A DNA stretch of 64,000 bases, from positions 682,001 through 746,000 of the forward strand of contig JAQGDQ010000044.1 in NCBI GenBank assembly GCA_030141605.1, in the 5' to 3' direction. This document shows positions 1 to 13,305 of the stretch, one piece after another. A program made the translations under genes and the position numbers. How positions within the stretch are numbered: position 1 is the stretch's first letter; each line of letters opens with the position of its first letter. The notes below the pieces were generated by a model. The model searched no databases and was not told where the DNA came from. It was given only the letters and a program-made list of their open reading frames with translations. Source of the stretch: Tubiluchus corallicola (lineage: Eukaryota > Animalia > Priapulida).

Positions 1-186
1 TATAATAGGTGATTAACAAGACAATACTTTCCTATCATTACATATTACACGCACCCAATGTGTTATGTTAAACATGATAATCTACCGCGAGATAATCCAG
101 AGCCTTGAGATTAGCTTAATAAAGGCATAATGCAGAGCAGACAGGTTATGCGGAGTCCATTCAGAATGGGATGGCTTACTGGTTTA

Positions 187-1042
187 AATGGAGTGTTTTC
201 ATCTTACTTGTGATCCAGTTTATACGGTTGCAATAGGGCACAAAAAGGAACAAATTTTCCCACGAGAATATTTTTGCAAGGAAGTCTTTCGGGAAAAATT
301 GGCGGTGACTTTCAGCCCGTCTTAAAAATTAGTGCATCACCAAATCATATATTAATAAATATAATAATTAAAAAAGGTATGCCTATGTAAAATTAACTGG
401 GTCAAATATAGTATAATTCTCATACTTTAAAAGAAGACAGAATGATTTTTCATATTCAAGTACGGTAAAAGTATACATTTTAACACAAATAATACTGCAA
501 CAGCGTTTCTGATAATTATATAATACATTAAAATCTTAATTAACAACGGGCGAGCCCAACTGTTGATTACATAAAAAACTAACGTAATTTTCAACAGCAA
601 ATACATTCCACATGAATGGAGTGTTTTCATCTTACTTGTGATCCAGTTTATACGGTTGCAATAGGGCACAAAAAGGAACAAATTTTCCCACGAGAATATT
701 TTTGCAAGGAAGTCTTTCGGGAAAAATTGGCGGTGACTTTCAGCCCGTCTTAAAAATTAGTGCATCACCAAATCATATATTAATAAATATAATAATTAAA
801 AAAGGTATGCCTATGTAAAATTAACTGGGTCAAATATAGTATAATTCTCATACTTTAAAAGAAGACAGAATGATTTTTCATATTCAAGTACGGTAAAAGT
901 ATACATTTTAACACAAATAATACTGCAACAGCGTTTCTGATAATTATATAATACATTAAAATCTTAATTAACAACGGGCGAGCCCAACTGTTGATTACAT
1001 AAAAAACTAACGTAATTTTCAACAGCAAATACATTCCACATG
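187..1042. repeat. Apparently perfect 428-bp tandem duplication (187-614 / 615-1042)
   Basis: Both copies start AATGGAGTGTTTTCATC and end ATACATTCCACATG; I saw no differences by eye. Confidence 0.95.
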
Positions 1043-1431
1043 TTGTACGTGTTTGTAAAAGGGAAAATTGAAGTACGGTACTTCTGTATGAGATTCAGTG
1101 TGTTGTATTAAAACTCGGCAAGTTTTAAGATAAAAAAAAGTTCAAATTTCAAGTTTACCGCTGCACTCATGCATGAGCTATCGAACGTGTGTAGTTCGTC
1201 ACAAACTAACACATCTGAACTGAGAAGTACAGGCGCTATTGCCCGTATAACTAGCGTATAGTGAAATGCATGTAACAGCGAAGAACTAGTGTCAAGAACG
1301 TGAAATTGTGTTTGTGTGGTAATAATTCTTTCACGTAAGTCATTTTTGAAAAAAAGTACGTTTCCTTTCAACATTTTAAAGACTGTATTGTTTTGACTTA
1401 AAGTTTAAGATTGGATACGGTTTTGCTTTAA
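855..1431. mobile_element. Non-autonomous TTAA-flanked DNA element (Kolobok-like); second copy at 48833-49378
   Basis: Colinear similarity with 48833-49378 (e.g. GAACGTGTGTAGTTCGTCACAAACTAACACATCTGAACTGAGA shared). Both copies start TTAA-A(A/G)GAAGACAG and end TTTGCT-TTAA. Confidence 0.65.
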
Positions 1432-4400
1432 ATTCTCTTTCATTTTTATGATTAATACGAAAAATTTTTGAACACTAATAATGCTTAACATTTTATTTTA
1501 CGTTAAAAATATGCCTTCAGTAGATGTGCATTGTGCAAACTTTATAACACATCATAAAGGGGAACAAACGAACAAAACAAAAATCGCTAGTCTGAACAGT
1601 GAACGCCAAATCTGCATTCAGAAGGTACAACAGGCCATACTAGCTAACCTGAGTAAAATCTTAAAAGAATTTTTCCATACATTCAACATTTTCCAATTAT
1701 AATTTAATTGACGTATATATACGCTGCAATTTTATATACAGATTTTTTATATTAATAATTCGTATAAACTTTATTTAAAAGTTTCTAACTCGCAATTGTA
1801 GTGGCTTTTATGTTAACTAAACTTGCATGTTTTGTATTTGTAAAAAACGCACAAATTTCTCACCTTGGGACCAGTCATCAGGAAATTGTTCACCGTCCTA
1901 AAAATAAAAACAAATAGATTATTTGTTTTAGGTGTAAATTATTTGCGCATTTCTTGTGTTAAAAATGTCGTGTTAGCTAGTATGCATGACATTGAATTGA
2001 ATAGAATTTGTTGACTAACAGAGATAAAGTATATTAACAATACATCACATACAAAGTTGTAAAGAGTTAGTCCTAATTAATAGCGGTAACGATGAGTCTA
2101 AATGGTCAGTCACACGGATAAAAACACAGGCTTACAATGAACGAAGTGATTACAACAAAATCATGTCAGATAGTTAAAAATATAAAAAGTTTAACAAATA
2201 TAACACTCAATTAAAGAACTCAATTGAAGAACAAAATTTATAAGACTTATTTGTAGACAACTGTAGCATCAAATGATATAAGAACAGATTGAAGCTGTCA
2301 TGTGGATACTCGATTGCTGGATACTGGATCGCCTAATATTGTTACGCATATCATGATGCTATAAACGTTATTAATATATTATATCAACTGCTATAGCTAA
2401 ACTACGTTTACGTTTTTCTTATGCTTTAAAAACGAATATTCTGGGGAGGAAGTATCCAAAATCTGCGCTATAATTTAAAAAAAAATAACTCGAAGGTTTT
2501 GCGTACTGCTAGGGCAAAGTAAACGGTTTTAAAGTCGTACTTGTTGTTTGTTAAAATGCTTCTCATAACAATAAATAATAATTATAACTTAGAACGCCAA
2601 TTATAAATTAATTGCTATTAGTACGGCAGTATCTAAAGTTTGCATACGAGATGAATTTTATTTAACTGATAAAATGTACAACCAGGGAAGAAAACTTAGC
2701 CTATTTAAATGGTGAAAAAAAATTCTCAATTTCGTTAACTTTTCAGTTATTTCGATTTTATAATGGTAAAAAATTTCGAATTATTTGAGCAAATTTCAAA
2801 CCAATTCTTTGATCTGCTTTGTTTCACATGTTCTTTTATTTTAGGAAATTTAACTACGCCTTTTTGTAATTGTCATAGTGTAAAATGTGGTGATATTCAT
2901 AATCAAAATTCTACATTTATTCTAGATTTACCCACAGTTGTATTCATTAATCAAAGAGGTTACTAATGTCACTGTGTTTGTACCGACTAATGACTTTTAC
3001 CGAGTAAATATAAAGTTTGGTACTTTGGTGAATTTATCTGCCAACCTTGCTTTTTAAGACTTACTAAATACATCACAATAAGTTTATGAAAATGTATGAC
3101 GGCTTTGGCTTACCTGCACGCACGAATGTTAATTAGGCTGTTTATATAAATATGGCCAATTAGAGATCATACAGGACTATATTCCAAGAATATCGAGGTT
3201 TGGTTTTTATTTTATATCCGTTTACTTAACCTAATTTTGTCTATGAAACGTCAATAGAAACGTTTTCGTCATCACTTTTAGCCCTTTGACAAAATCCGCG
3301 TCATTTGCAATATTGAAAGTCTAAGTCTATATGCAATATGCAATAGTTTAAGTGACAAGAACTTTTTCTTTTTTTCTCGTTTCATTATTTTATTGATGAA
3401 ATAACTAATAGTTGGTTTCACAATTTTTTCTCCTATAGTTATTTTATTCTTAATAAAATAAATCCAAATTGTATATCAAAATTAGGTTGTAAAAATACGC
3501 GGGAGTACAAATACTCAAGTTGTAAATCGAACGTACAAAATAAAGAAAATTATTTGACTGTTTATATAATTATTTATATCAGTCAAAAGTCAACATATGC
3601 AAGCTTCGCACTGTAAACGCAAATTACAAAACCTGACTGAAATTAATTTCGTGTATTAATCTTTTCTTAAATTGTAAAAATAACATTTAATTTTAAATAA
3701 TCTAATTACTATTTTCCTACCAATAATAATAAATGTCGAAAAGCGAATATCTTTGGGATTAACGAATTAATCACCTAGAAAACTAAACATTATTACACAA
3801 TGAAGCAAATTTTTATATATGTACGAAGACAGGTGTATAAACATTTTCGCACAAACGCCCTTTTAAAATATTTAAAAAACTAGTAGAGTGACAAAAACTT
3901 ACCATGAATACGCACTCAAACTACAAAAAGATATTAAAAGCAGCGTTTCATGCAACACTTTTAAGTGTCGATATTTGCACATCGTAATTGTTCACAGATA
4001 ATTAACTTCGTTTTTCTGTAAATATTTTTTAACAAATTGATATTATCTTCTTCTGCTAATTAATCAACTTGATATCAGTTGTTTCTTTCACCTGATAAGA
4101 ATCAACATGCAATTTATCACCTACTGACACCCAACTTACCTGGACCAGAAGGAGGAGTCAGATACCTTCTTAACCAATCACGTCCTGGCGGCATTGATTA
4201 GAACAAAGGCAACACCTATCAATAACAAAAATAGCTGACGCCGATTCCATAAAGGCACGCTTTCAACTCACAGGTACGGCAGGTAAGTTGTTTTTGTATT
4301 GTTCCAGCAAAGAGCATCCTTTCCCTTTTTGACCGTATGGGTCTTTTGTCGGAATCTCGGCACCTTTGATGTTTACTTTATTATATATACCTGTACTATA

Positions 4401-5752
4401 TGCTCACCATATTTTTGTCTCTTACGTAAAAAAATGGCCGTGTGTCATAGTCAGCTTTTGATATGATCAGAGCCACTGTTTATTAAATTTCTTATTGTAG
4501 TAATTATGTAGGCCTAAATGTAGCTTTGGTGGATTTTGATTTTAACTCTTATATTATACGTGATTACGTGCCTCAGTTACCCATTGTTAGTGTAGTTAAA
4601 TATGTGGGCATTCAACTTAACACAAAATCTTGCAGAGTAAATTTGTTAAAGTTCAAATATTTGTTTTATAATCCAGGTATAGTCATTTGAATTCGATTAT
4701 AAATCACTTACAAATTAATAAATTTTAAAAATTAAACTTGACTGAAAGGCAGAAAATGTGAAAAAGTCGAGATTGAGATTAGACTTATGCTTAAGCGTTA
4801 CACCAGGCAATCCTTAGGAACGTAGCAGATTTTAAATAATTATTAATGGCTCATAAGTTAATTATTAGTATTTAATCAATTACACATTGAATTAGTCTCT
4901 TAAAGTTCACGTGTTTAGTAGTTGCTAAACTAATAGAATTAAACTAAGGCCTATCATGATCACAAGAAGCTTCATGATCTAGTGGACATAGCGTTCGATT
5001 TGTAATACAAAGGACCTCGGTTCAAATCCACGCTAAATTCTGACTAGTTCGCATTTTTCGGCCACGTGTTTTTATTTGTCAGAAACAGATTACAACTTTA
5101 ATTTCTGTTGGAAGACCGCCCAGAGTCGCCATTGGGCTTGCTTAGAGCGATTTGTAAAAAAGTCTTTGTTTCAAAAACTCAGTAATTGCCATGTTGTTTT
5201 TCCTTGGGCATATCATTTTATCAATAAAAATTTGCAAGTATCGTTCTGTATTAAATACAATTACACTATCCACTTTCTGTAATTATATGAACTATCCCTG
5301 TAATAATACAAGTGAAACCGCGTGCTCAGAATGGCACTTGATGGCAGGTGAGGAATACAAATTCAAAGAACCTCTTATCATAAAACAAAAGCTTCCCACA
5401 TCGATTAGGAAAACTTAGATACCTCACTTGCTTACTTTTTCTTTTCTCTTTCTCAATAAGAGTATACTGTTTACAGTGATCTCTACGGTGCGCATCAAAG
5501 AATTAGCGAATCTATCACGGTATTTTCTAAGCAATCACTTTCTAAGCAATGCACCCAAGTCTAAATATGGTTAAATTTCGCAAACCGTACAAAATTAATA
5601 ATGCTGCTACAGGTAAAATGAAAAAGCCATGTTTTTAATACGTAATTCATTTTTAATTACCTTGTGCACTGTGGGTGAACAATTTAAACTAAGACATAAG
5701 TTAGTTAGCTGCACTTATGATAAGAGCGTAAACATGCAGATGTAAATTGAAA

Positions 5753-5882
5753 ACACACACACACACACACATACACACACACGCACGCGAGCACACGCAC
5801 TCCCGCATACATGCACACACGGACGGACGGACGCGCACGCGCACGCGCACGCACACGCACACACACACACGCACGCACACGC

Positions 5883-5958
<76 letters not shown>
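5753..5958. repeat. (CA)n/(CACG)n/(TA)n compound microsatellite
   Basis: Directly visible; explains the CV/HT ORFs. Confidence 0.95.
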
Positions 5959-5959
<1 letters not shown>

Positions 5960-5979
5960 AACCTTTATTGTAGAAAATA

Positions 5980-6186
5980 TACACTAGTACAGAGTGAAAC
6001 AAATTACATCATATATAAAATTAGTGTATAACCAGACAGTGACAGACTGATGAGTGCAATTGTGTCAGTCAGTTTAAGTTAAAAATCATAAGAATAAAAG
6101 CATTAAAATACTACATTACATATCTACAAATTTGTCTATATGTAATATAATATTTTAATGTTTTTATTCTTATGATTTTTAACTTA
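5980..6186. repeat. Dispersed repeat with long AT-rich hairpin; partial copy at about 10013-10180
   Basis: Shared TACAGAGT...CAGTGACAGACTGATG...AAGTTAAAAATCATAAGAATAAAA with about 10013-10180; 6075-6186 is an imperfect palindrome. Confidence 0.7.
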
Positions 6187-7437
6187 GTGAAGCGTTTTAA
6201 ATAAACAAATAAATAAATAAATGACTTTTATGTTCCTGCTTTCTCATTCATGACTTTATCAAAACGTAGAAGTTCTTGCTGATTACAATACGCAGGTTTT
6301 CCTGTAATTGCTAAATTTTACCTGCATTGACAAACTTCAGCTAATTCAAGATGCACCTACAAGAGAAAAATACAAGCTAATCTGTCGCTTTGTAAATCAA
6401 GCAAAATAATAAATAAAATTTAATTGAATAATGTTGTGTCTTTCATCTCTTCTTTACAGCAGAATAACTATTAAAGTCACACTGCAATATTATTTTATGA
6501 GTAAAGATTTAGGTGTTGTTCACAGATTGCTCAAGTCTTACCTCTCCTTTATAAAATTACTAAAAAAACTGTATAGCTAAATGCTTGTCTTATCAGTATA
6601 TTAAGAATTATATTATTTAGTATTATTGTCAAAGTTAGTAGATTTGTTCTTAATCAATAAGCCTAGAAATAATGAAGTTGAACTCAAATCAAAATGTATT
6701 TAACTCCTGTTGTTGATTAATAGCATTATTAACCCAATGTGTTTTTATCATTTCATAACAATTTTGACCTGTATTTCACATAAAATCTAAATGCAATTTT
6801 TAGTTTAATCAAGACTGACCTTATTTTGTTGCCCGCTAATTAAACTACATGTATATTCTTTTCTCTGGATTATATGGAAAATGTCATAATTTTAAAAATT
6901 ACTAATGTTTCCTAAATTAAACTGATAACATTAATGCCCACCAGTGTCTAAAAAATCTTTTTATCTATATTCGGTAAAGGATTGCAGTCTAGGTGACTTT
7001 ATAGTCTTTTCGCTATCCTTTCTCTAGTTCTAGATCTATCTATACATTTTAACCATTTTTCAAAACTTATTAGAGATTCTTTTATTAATCATGTTTTACT
7101 GTAACACTATAAAGAGATAAAAAAGTTGAATTTGAATTGTGATATAGGACAGGTCTAATAGGAGCAGATGTCGTACAATGATATAATTTCAGCAAACATT
7201 CATAAGAAAATTAGCCGAATAAATAATAGTTTGAAACCATGCTACACCAGTCAGTAATATATAAAGGATATGAAGAATATGATCCATATGCCAATATTAT
7301 AATCTGCATTTATGGCACCACTGAAGTGTCATGTTATGCAGTCGGGTCGTTGTTCTTTTGAATGAATGCCAGTTTATGGACATTTAAGCAATCGAGCTGC
7401 TGACAAACTAAAGGACAAATGTCAGCAGCTAGAACTA

Positions 7438-8110
7438 TGATAAGATAAGATAAGATAAGATGATATTTATTTTCATCGGTATGATATAAACAGTACATAT
7501 TTGTAAAACATGAGCTTAAAGCTCGTAAACCGATATCAAACATAATGTATATGAGCGATAACATGGTAATAATATGTACTTCTTAAAATCTTTTGGATGC
7601 CACCAGAGGTATTGGTACAAGAAAAATTTATAACTACATAAAAATTTTAGGCAGTAACATTTTCTAAAATTTACACAAAAAGCTATCCAGGTCAATAAAA
7701 AATTTTCCTGCCAACATTTCAGCATTTAATTACGACTTAACAAAATTGGGAAGTTCGCTGAATTTACAAATGGCACATTTACATGATACACCAGTCCATG
7801 ACTTAATTAGACGTTTAAATTCCCCAAGATTTTCGGCCATTCGGAGACAGTTTGGTAATTCATTCCACAATGTGGCTCCATAATAGGAGAAACTTTTCTT
7901 GCCATATGTAACACCATCATATGTAGGGTGTTCTGCAGTGTTCATTTTTCTGAGGAAGTAGCGGTTTTGCTTTCGTTCCTCTCTATCAGTCCATAAAGAT
8001 AGGACGGGCAGTTTTTGGACAAAATCTTGAATACTTCGATAGCAATGAGAAGTTGAAGAGACACAAAATTGTCTTTAAACAATAGATTTTCGTAGGTACT
8101 TTCAAAATCA
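7438..8110 (-). mobile_element. 3' fragment of CR1/L2-group LINE
   Basis: ORF 7730-7945 encodes YGKKSFSYYGATLWNELP...FKRLIKSW..CKCAIC, typical of a LINE ORF2 C-terminus, followed by AATAAA and a (TCTTA)n tail. Confidence 0.8.
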
Positions 8111-9131
8111 GGTATGCTTTAGCTCCTTTCGACTGGCCTTCTTCCTTTAGCTTAGTTGATTAGCCCCGTCTTCATCTTTTTAGAAAACACATTTATCACA
8201 GTTTCACCACCAACATCAAATGCTATACTCGAAAGCAGATCTAACTGGTAATAGCTATAGTTTTAGTTCCGCTTGATTGTGCCAAACCATATGATCAGAA
8301 TCAGCGTGCTTCCTCAAACGATACTTTCCTTCCAGCGAATTTCTCAACTCCCGTGCGCCATCTGCCGGCAGAAGTCGAAAAAATTTCGCGCATGCTGCAG
8401 GTATATTGAAGCTGCCTTGCTTTGCGAATTGCTGAAAATGAAGCTGTTTCCGTGGCAACGGCAAGGTGCGTGTTGGTGTGATCGCGTAGGGAATTACATT
8501 ATTCCCGTTTTGGTTTGGTTATTGTTGTATGATATATGACAAAAAATGCAATAATGCTGATGAGCTTTTGTCACTTTAGTGAATTAACGGCCAAAACATG
8601 AAATGCAACAATTTGCTTATAAAGGTAGGCATTGTTTTGTGTCTAAAAATTCTTTTTATTCTTAAAGTTTTATTCTTATTCTTTGTACATAGTCATGTCC
8701 TTGTAATTATTGTTATCATAAATTCGGTATTAATTGTAATTACTACCAGGGTTTGTCTCGGTGTACTCGCGTTACAAAAGTACGTATCATTTAGCTCAAG
8801 AAATAAAATTTGATTGCCTTATATAACCACTAGTACGCTTTACTATGTGTTTAAAGCATTTGGATTAAACATGAAAAGGTTAAAAGTTTGTTAGTTTCGC
8901 ATTAATAAATGCGCAAATTCACATTAACTACGAAGTAGGCTTATGAAAACCAAAAAAATACACTTGGATATGAATATGGGCTCTTTTTACAAGTCCAAGC
9001 ATTTTGGCTCGACACAAAGTCTTAAATCCATGATACGGTATCACATATATTCGCTACTTTATGAACTATAGGCCTACAGTATCATTCACTTTCCGATTGG
9101 TTTCAGAGCTACATTTGTTTTAATTAATCAT

Positions 9132-9514
9132 TAGGGGTGAGCATCGAACGTTCGAGTTCGAACTCGATTCGAATCCAAAACTGTAGATTCAAATAATTCA
9201 GCACTTCAATCACATATGTTCCTGATCACTAAAACGATTGAAACAACATGCAATTAGCGTAATTTAGCAGTGATTTCTGTGCACAATTTTAAACAAATTA
9301 CTAGTCGTTTTATTGCAGAACAAAATCTAGTGATACACATGATCTTTGTAAGACTAATTTTTACTGGTGGTTCGAAAACTTGTTCGAAAATCATTCAATC
9401 TCAATTCGACTTCAGTTCGAATTTGAAACACTGAAGTTCGGTTAGATTCGAATTCGAAAGTCAGAAATTCGGTTCGATTCGAATTCGCTTTCTGGTAGAG
9501 AATGCTCACCCCTA
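9132..9514. mobile_element. hAT-type MITE
   Basis: 13-bp TIR TAGGGGTGAGCAT / ATGCTCACCCCTA, subterminal TTCGA repeats, 8-bp TSD TTAATCAT / TTAATCAC. Confidence 0.85.
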
Positions 9515-10329
9515 TTAATCACAAGCTGCTGCCTGCGCGTAGTGATTTAAGATGTTACACTCGTGACCAAAAGGTCGCCAGTTCAAATCCAAATTCAGTC
9601 AGGACTTTTATATTTCTTTCCTTCAGTTAAGTTTGTTCCAAAATTTTAACAACCTTACCTTTGCTGCATAAGTTTTGATAATCTTTAAACTGTGATCGTA
9701 GACAGTAAAAAATTGTTTATTTACTAAATAAACATCAACACAAAACTAACAGCTGAACAGCTTACGTACTTAGTGAACTTTTTAAGAAAATCAACATTTT
9801 CATTATCAGTCATTTGCAGGTTACCAATTAATGCGATTATCTGAGGATATAAAAATGTTATAAAATTTGTTACATGATGGATTATTTATCATACAGAAGA
9901 TGTTTTTGAAGTTCCAAAAAAAATTCAAAACTGTATATGTTAAACATATTAGAAACATCAGAATTGATATAAAGTAAGAATGATGAATTTCATTTATCTT
10001 TTTCATTTATATATACACTGGTACAGAGTAAAGCATTTTACATCATACATAAAATCAGTGTACAACCAGTCAGTGACAGACTGATGTACACTATGTACAG
10101 TTGTGTCAGTCAGTCTAAGTTAAAAATCATAAGAATAAAAACATTAAAATACAACATTACATAACTACAAATTTATCTACATGACGACATGATAGTGACT
10201 TATGAAATATGGTAAATTTTAATATTTTTTGATACTTTTTGCTACTTTTTGCCATGCAAGTTTCCGTATGAGTCGCATATTTTTATAGTATAGACACTTA
10301 TATTATGATGAATTTGTGAGTCTAGAGCG

Positions 10330-10940
10330 TTATGCGTTTTTGATATTCTCAATTATTGATGAATTCTACTTTATCGCTTTTATGTAAGGGTCTTTTGTGA
10401 GTTAGCAGTTTGTTTTTAGTTCTGTTTTAAACGTTGTTAATCCGTCTTTTGATTTTCTACTTAAGAGTGCTGAATTCCATAAGTTGATTTTTGTTTTGCT
10501 TATCGAATTGTGTCCATATTTTTTGTAAGTAACTGTTTTAGATTATAGGTGCGTTCGTTTTTATGTTTATCGGGGTAAATAATAAACCATTTTCTTTGAA
10601 AACTGGAATTATATCATTTATATATTTAAATAGAAATATTAAGGAATGGTAATAAATGTTTGATTCTATATTGGGTATTCTTAATTTTTTTCTATTAGTG
10701 GCTGAGTACATATGGTGTTAATTTATTTTCTTAGAAAAGTGGCCTAGTACATGTTTGAGCGCATAATTTTGAGTTGTATCTAGTCTACCTGTTTGGGTTT
10801 AGAAATGTTTTCAAGTAGATGGCAGCCATAAGTTAAATGAGGCATTATTAATCTTTTGTATATTAGTAGTTTGATTTCAATAGTAACTTTGGTATCAATA
10901 ATAAGCTGTTTAAATATTAAACGTTCCCCAGCTTCCTCAA
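10330..10940 (-). mobile_element. Degenerate LINE ORF2 3' remnant
   Basis: KLLIYKRLIMPHLTYGC motif and a downstream NLWNSAL motif, interrupted by stops and frameshifts. Confidence 0.6.
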
Positions 10941-12047
10941 TTCCAGAGCTCTCTGTTCTATTTTTGTTTAAATTTAATTTTGCTTTCAATGCGATCTTGA
11001 CTTAAAGAAGCTGGTGTCCAAAAATAACAATGAAAATTATTACACATAGTTTTTGTCAATTTTTTTTGTCATAAAGATGTAATATATTTTGTTTCAATGT
11101 ATGCAATATTAATTGATTGCACTACAGCCCAACAATGATAATGGTTATTACTGTGTGAGTAAAACTAGTAATTTTCTCTTAATAATTTGCTGTCCAAAAA
11201 TTTAGATATATAAAAATTTAGCTGAAAGGAAGATGACAGTTATAAGGCAACGACATTTTATATAACTGCTCGTGGACCAAGTGTGTTACATACCAGGTAA
11301 TCAAATTTAAAAACAAATAAAACTAATAAACCATTAAATGGTCATAACCGTGGTAAAATCAGTGCAAAGGTACAACCCCGGATGATAAATGGACAATTTG
11401 TCAAAAACGAACATTTAATGACGTTTTCAGTAAGTAGGTAAACGCAAAGAAAAGCAGCAGCTAATATATTTTATTCTATACAATTTTATGCTGTGTATAG
11501 TTTTTAGGCCACGCCTATGTAGGGTATAATTATATTGCAGTTCGGTTAATTACAAGTTTAGCAAGTTACATGCTGTACTTCTACTTGCAGTATTATTTAT
11601 GATAATTGTCCATAATAACAAATGTATTGCAAATGACAGCATAATGCTGCTTACCATCAACAAAGCTACAACGCTGGAATTATGAATCTGTTGTGTAACA
11701 GCTATGCAATACACACTGCCAAAGACAAACACTTGCTGGTTACAGGTTATAATAATAAATAAAGAATAACCCATTCTTCAAGTTTCACTCGTTTTTCACT
11801 GTCATTTTCTGTTAATCTACCCAGCAATAACCCTAAATTACATGAGTCAGAGACACGTAGGGGTTTTTGCTTTTCTAGGCCAACGAATGCAGATCATTTT
11901 ACCTAGATTATGACTGAGTAACACATTGTAGCCAATCTAGGTACTATTTAGTAATATTGTGCAATTTTTAAATGTTAGTTTGGACTTTAGAATACCCGTA
12001 TGAATTAAGACAGCTAAATTAAGTAGCGCTGTAAATAAACTTGCAAG

Positions 12048-12052
12048 AAAAA
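12048..12052 (-). terminator. Pol III oligo-T terminator of tRNA-Ile
   Basis: TTTTT on the minus strand about 4 nt downstream of the tRNA 3' end. Confidence 0.6.
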
Positions 12053-12056
12053 TATA

Positions 12057-12130
12057 TGGCCAGTACGGGGGTCGAACCCGCGACCTTAGCGTTATTAGCA
12101 CCACGCTCTAACCGACTGAGCTAACCGGCC
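12057..12130 (-). tRNA. tRNA-Ile, anticodon AAT
   Basis: Reverse complement GGCCGGTTAGCTCAGTCGGTTAGAGCGTGGTGCTAATAACGCTAAGGTCGCGGGTTCGACCCCCGTACTGGCCA has a full cloverleaf with A and B boxes and closely resembles metazoan tRNA-Ile(AAT). Confidence 0.93.
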
Positions 12131-13010
12131 AAGTATACTAACAGGAAAGCAATAAAACTTGCTGAAACATCGCTTACTAACAGATAGCAGTGCACATGCG
12201 CTTTCGCAATATGTACTATGCGCAGAATCATTGTACAGAATTTATATCGCTCCCCGCGACCTACGTCGCTGGTTGTTCAGCTATTTACTAAAAATTGTTC
12301 TTGCATAGTGGCTGCAGTAATCGCTAGCCACTGGCAAATGTTACATTTACTGTGTTAATTATTAAGCTAATAATTTATTGTAGCTAACTACGTAGTGTGT
12401 TCAAATATTATCATATAAGAAGTTTTAACTTTCTTAAAAGAATTATTAATAATTTTTATACGATTCGGCACACTTGTTCAAAGCCAAAATTCAGCATTTA
12501 GTCTAAGTTAGGTATAAGTGCTTTCAGTGCACTGTTCCTGCGACATAGGCCTATTAATTGTATTTATAGGCCTAATTATATTACTAAATCGAATAACAGT
12601 CAATAACAGTTCTGTGTATAACAATATAGGTACTACCTGGTACATACAAAAGAAACAAAACTGAATTAAACGTTTATGAGAAAATAATTACCAAATGTCA
12701 CGTCACTAGTTTAAACAGACAGAAGCACAAGTAAATAAAAAAGAAATCTGTAAAAAAAAATAACAAAAAACTTTGTTAAAGGCTAGTAATGAAAATTAAT
12801 AAACCTATGCAAAAACCGTGATAAATGAAAGAGGAAAACAGGGAAGGCAAAACGAAAAAACGGCACCTATGAAGTGGTACTTTTTTCTGTCGTATTTATT
12901 CGAGATAATTACACTGATATAGGAACAAATTTTCAAGTTTCACTCACAATTATCAACATAACTTATCTTGCCTATTTTAAATTTTTCTAGTGCTGATGAC
13001 ACCATGACGG

Positions 13011-13305
13011 CATAGGCGAACGGGCCGATTTTTTCAGGAGGGAGGGTAAGCCACTTTTGCCGGAAAAATTCAGGGTCACCTCCGCGTCGGGAATTGCCTC
13101 ACCACACCCCATGATAAAAAAATGTCCGAATTTCGGGCACTTCATTTGGCAGCATGGAGAAATTGCGAGATTTCCTTTTATGAAAAATATTATTTTATAG
13201 TAATTTCGGTGCCCGAAAAAAATGTGTTTGCCCGAATCCGGGCGGGGGAGGCTGCAGACAAACAGCCACCCCCCACCCCCAACCCTTGCTCGTGCACGTC
13301 GGCTG
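13011..13305. mobile_element. Degenerate GC-rich MITE (CATAGGCG... terminus)
   Basis: Starts CATAGGCGAACG, has internal GCCCGAA/TTCGGGC motifs and G/C-run subterminal blocks; the right end is degenerate. Confidence 0.4.

Noticed and set aside
5701-6031. CV/HT-repeat ORFs
   Set aside because: They are translations of a (CA)n microsatellite.
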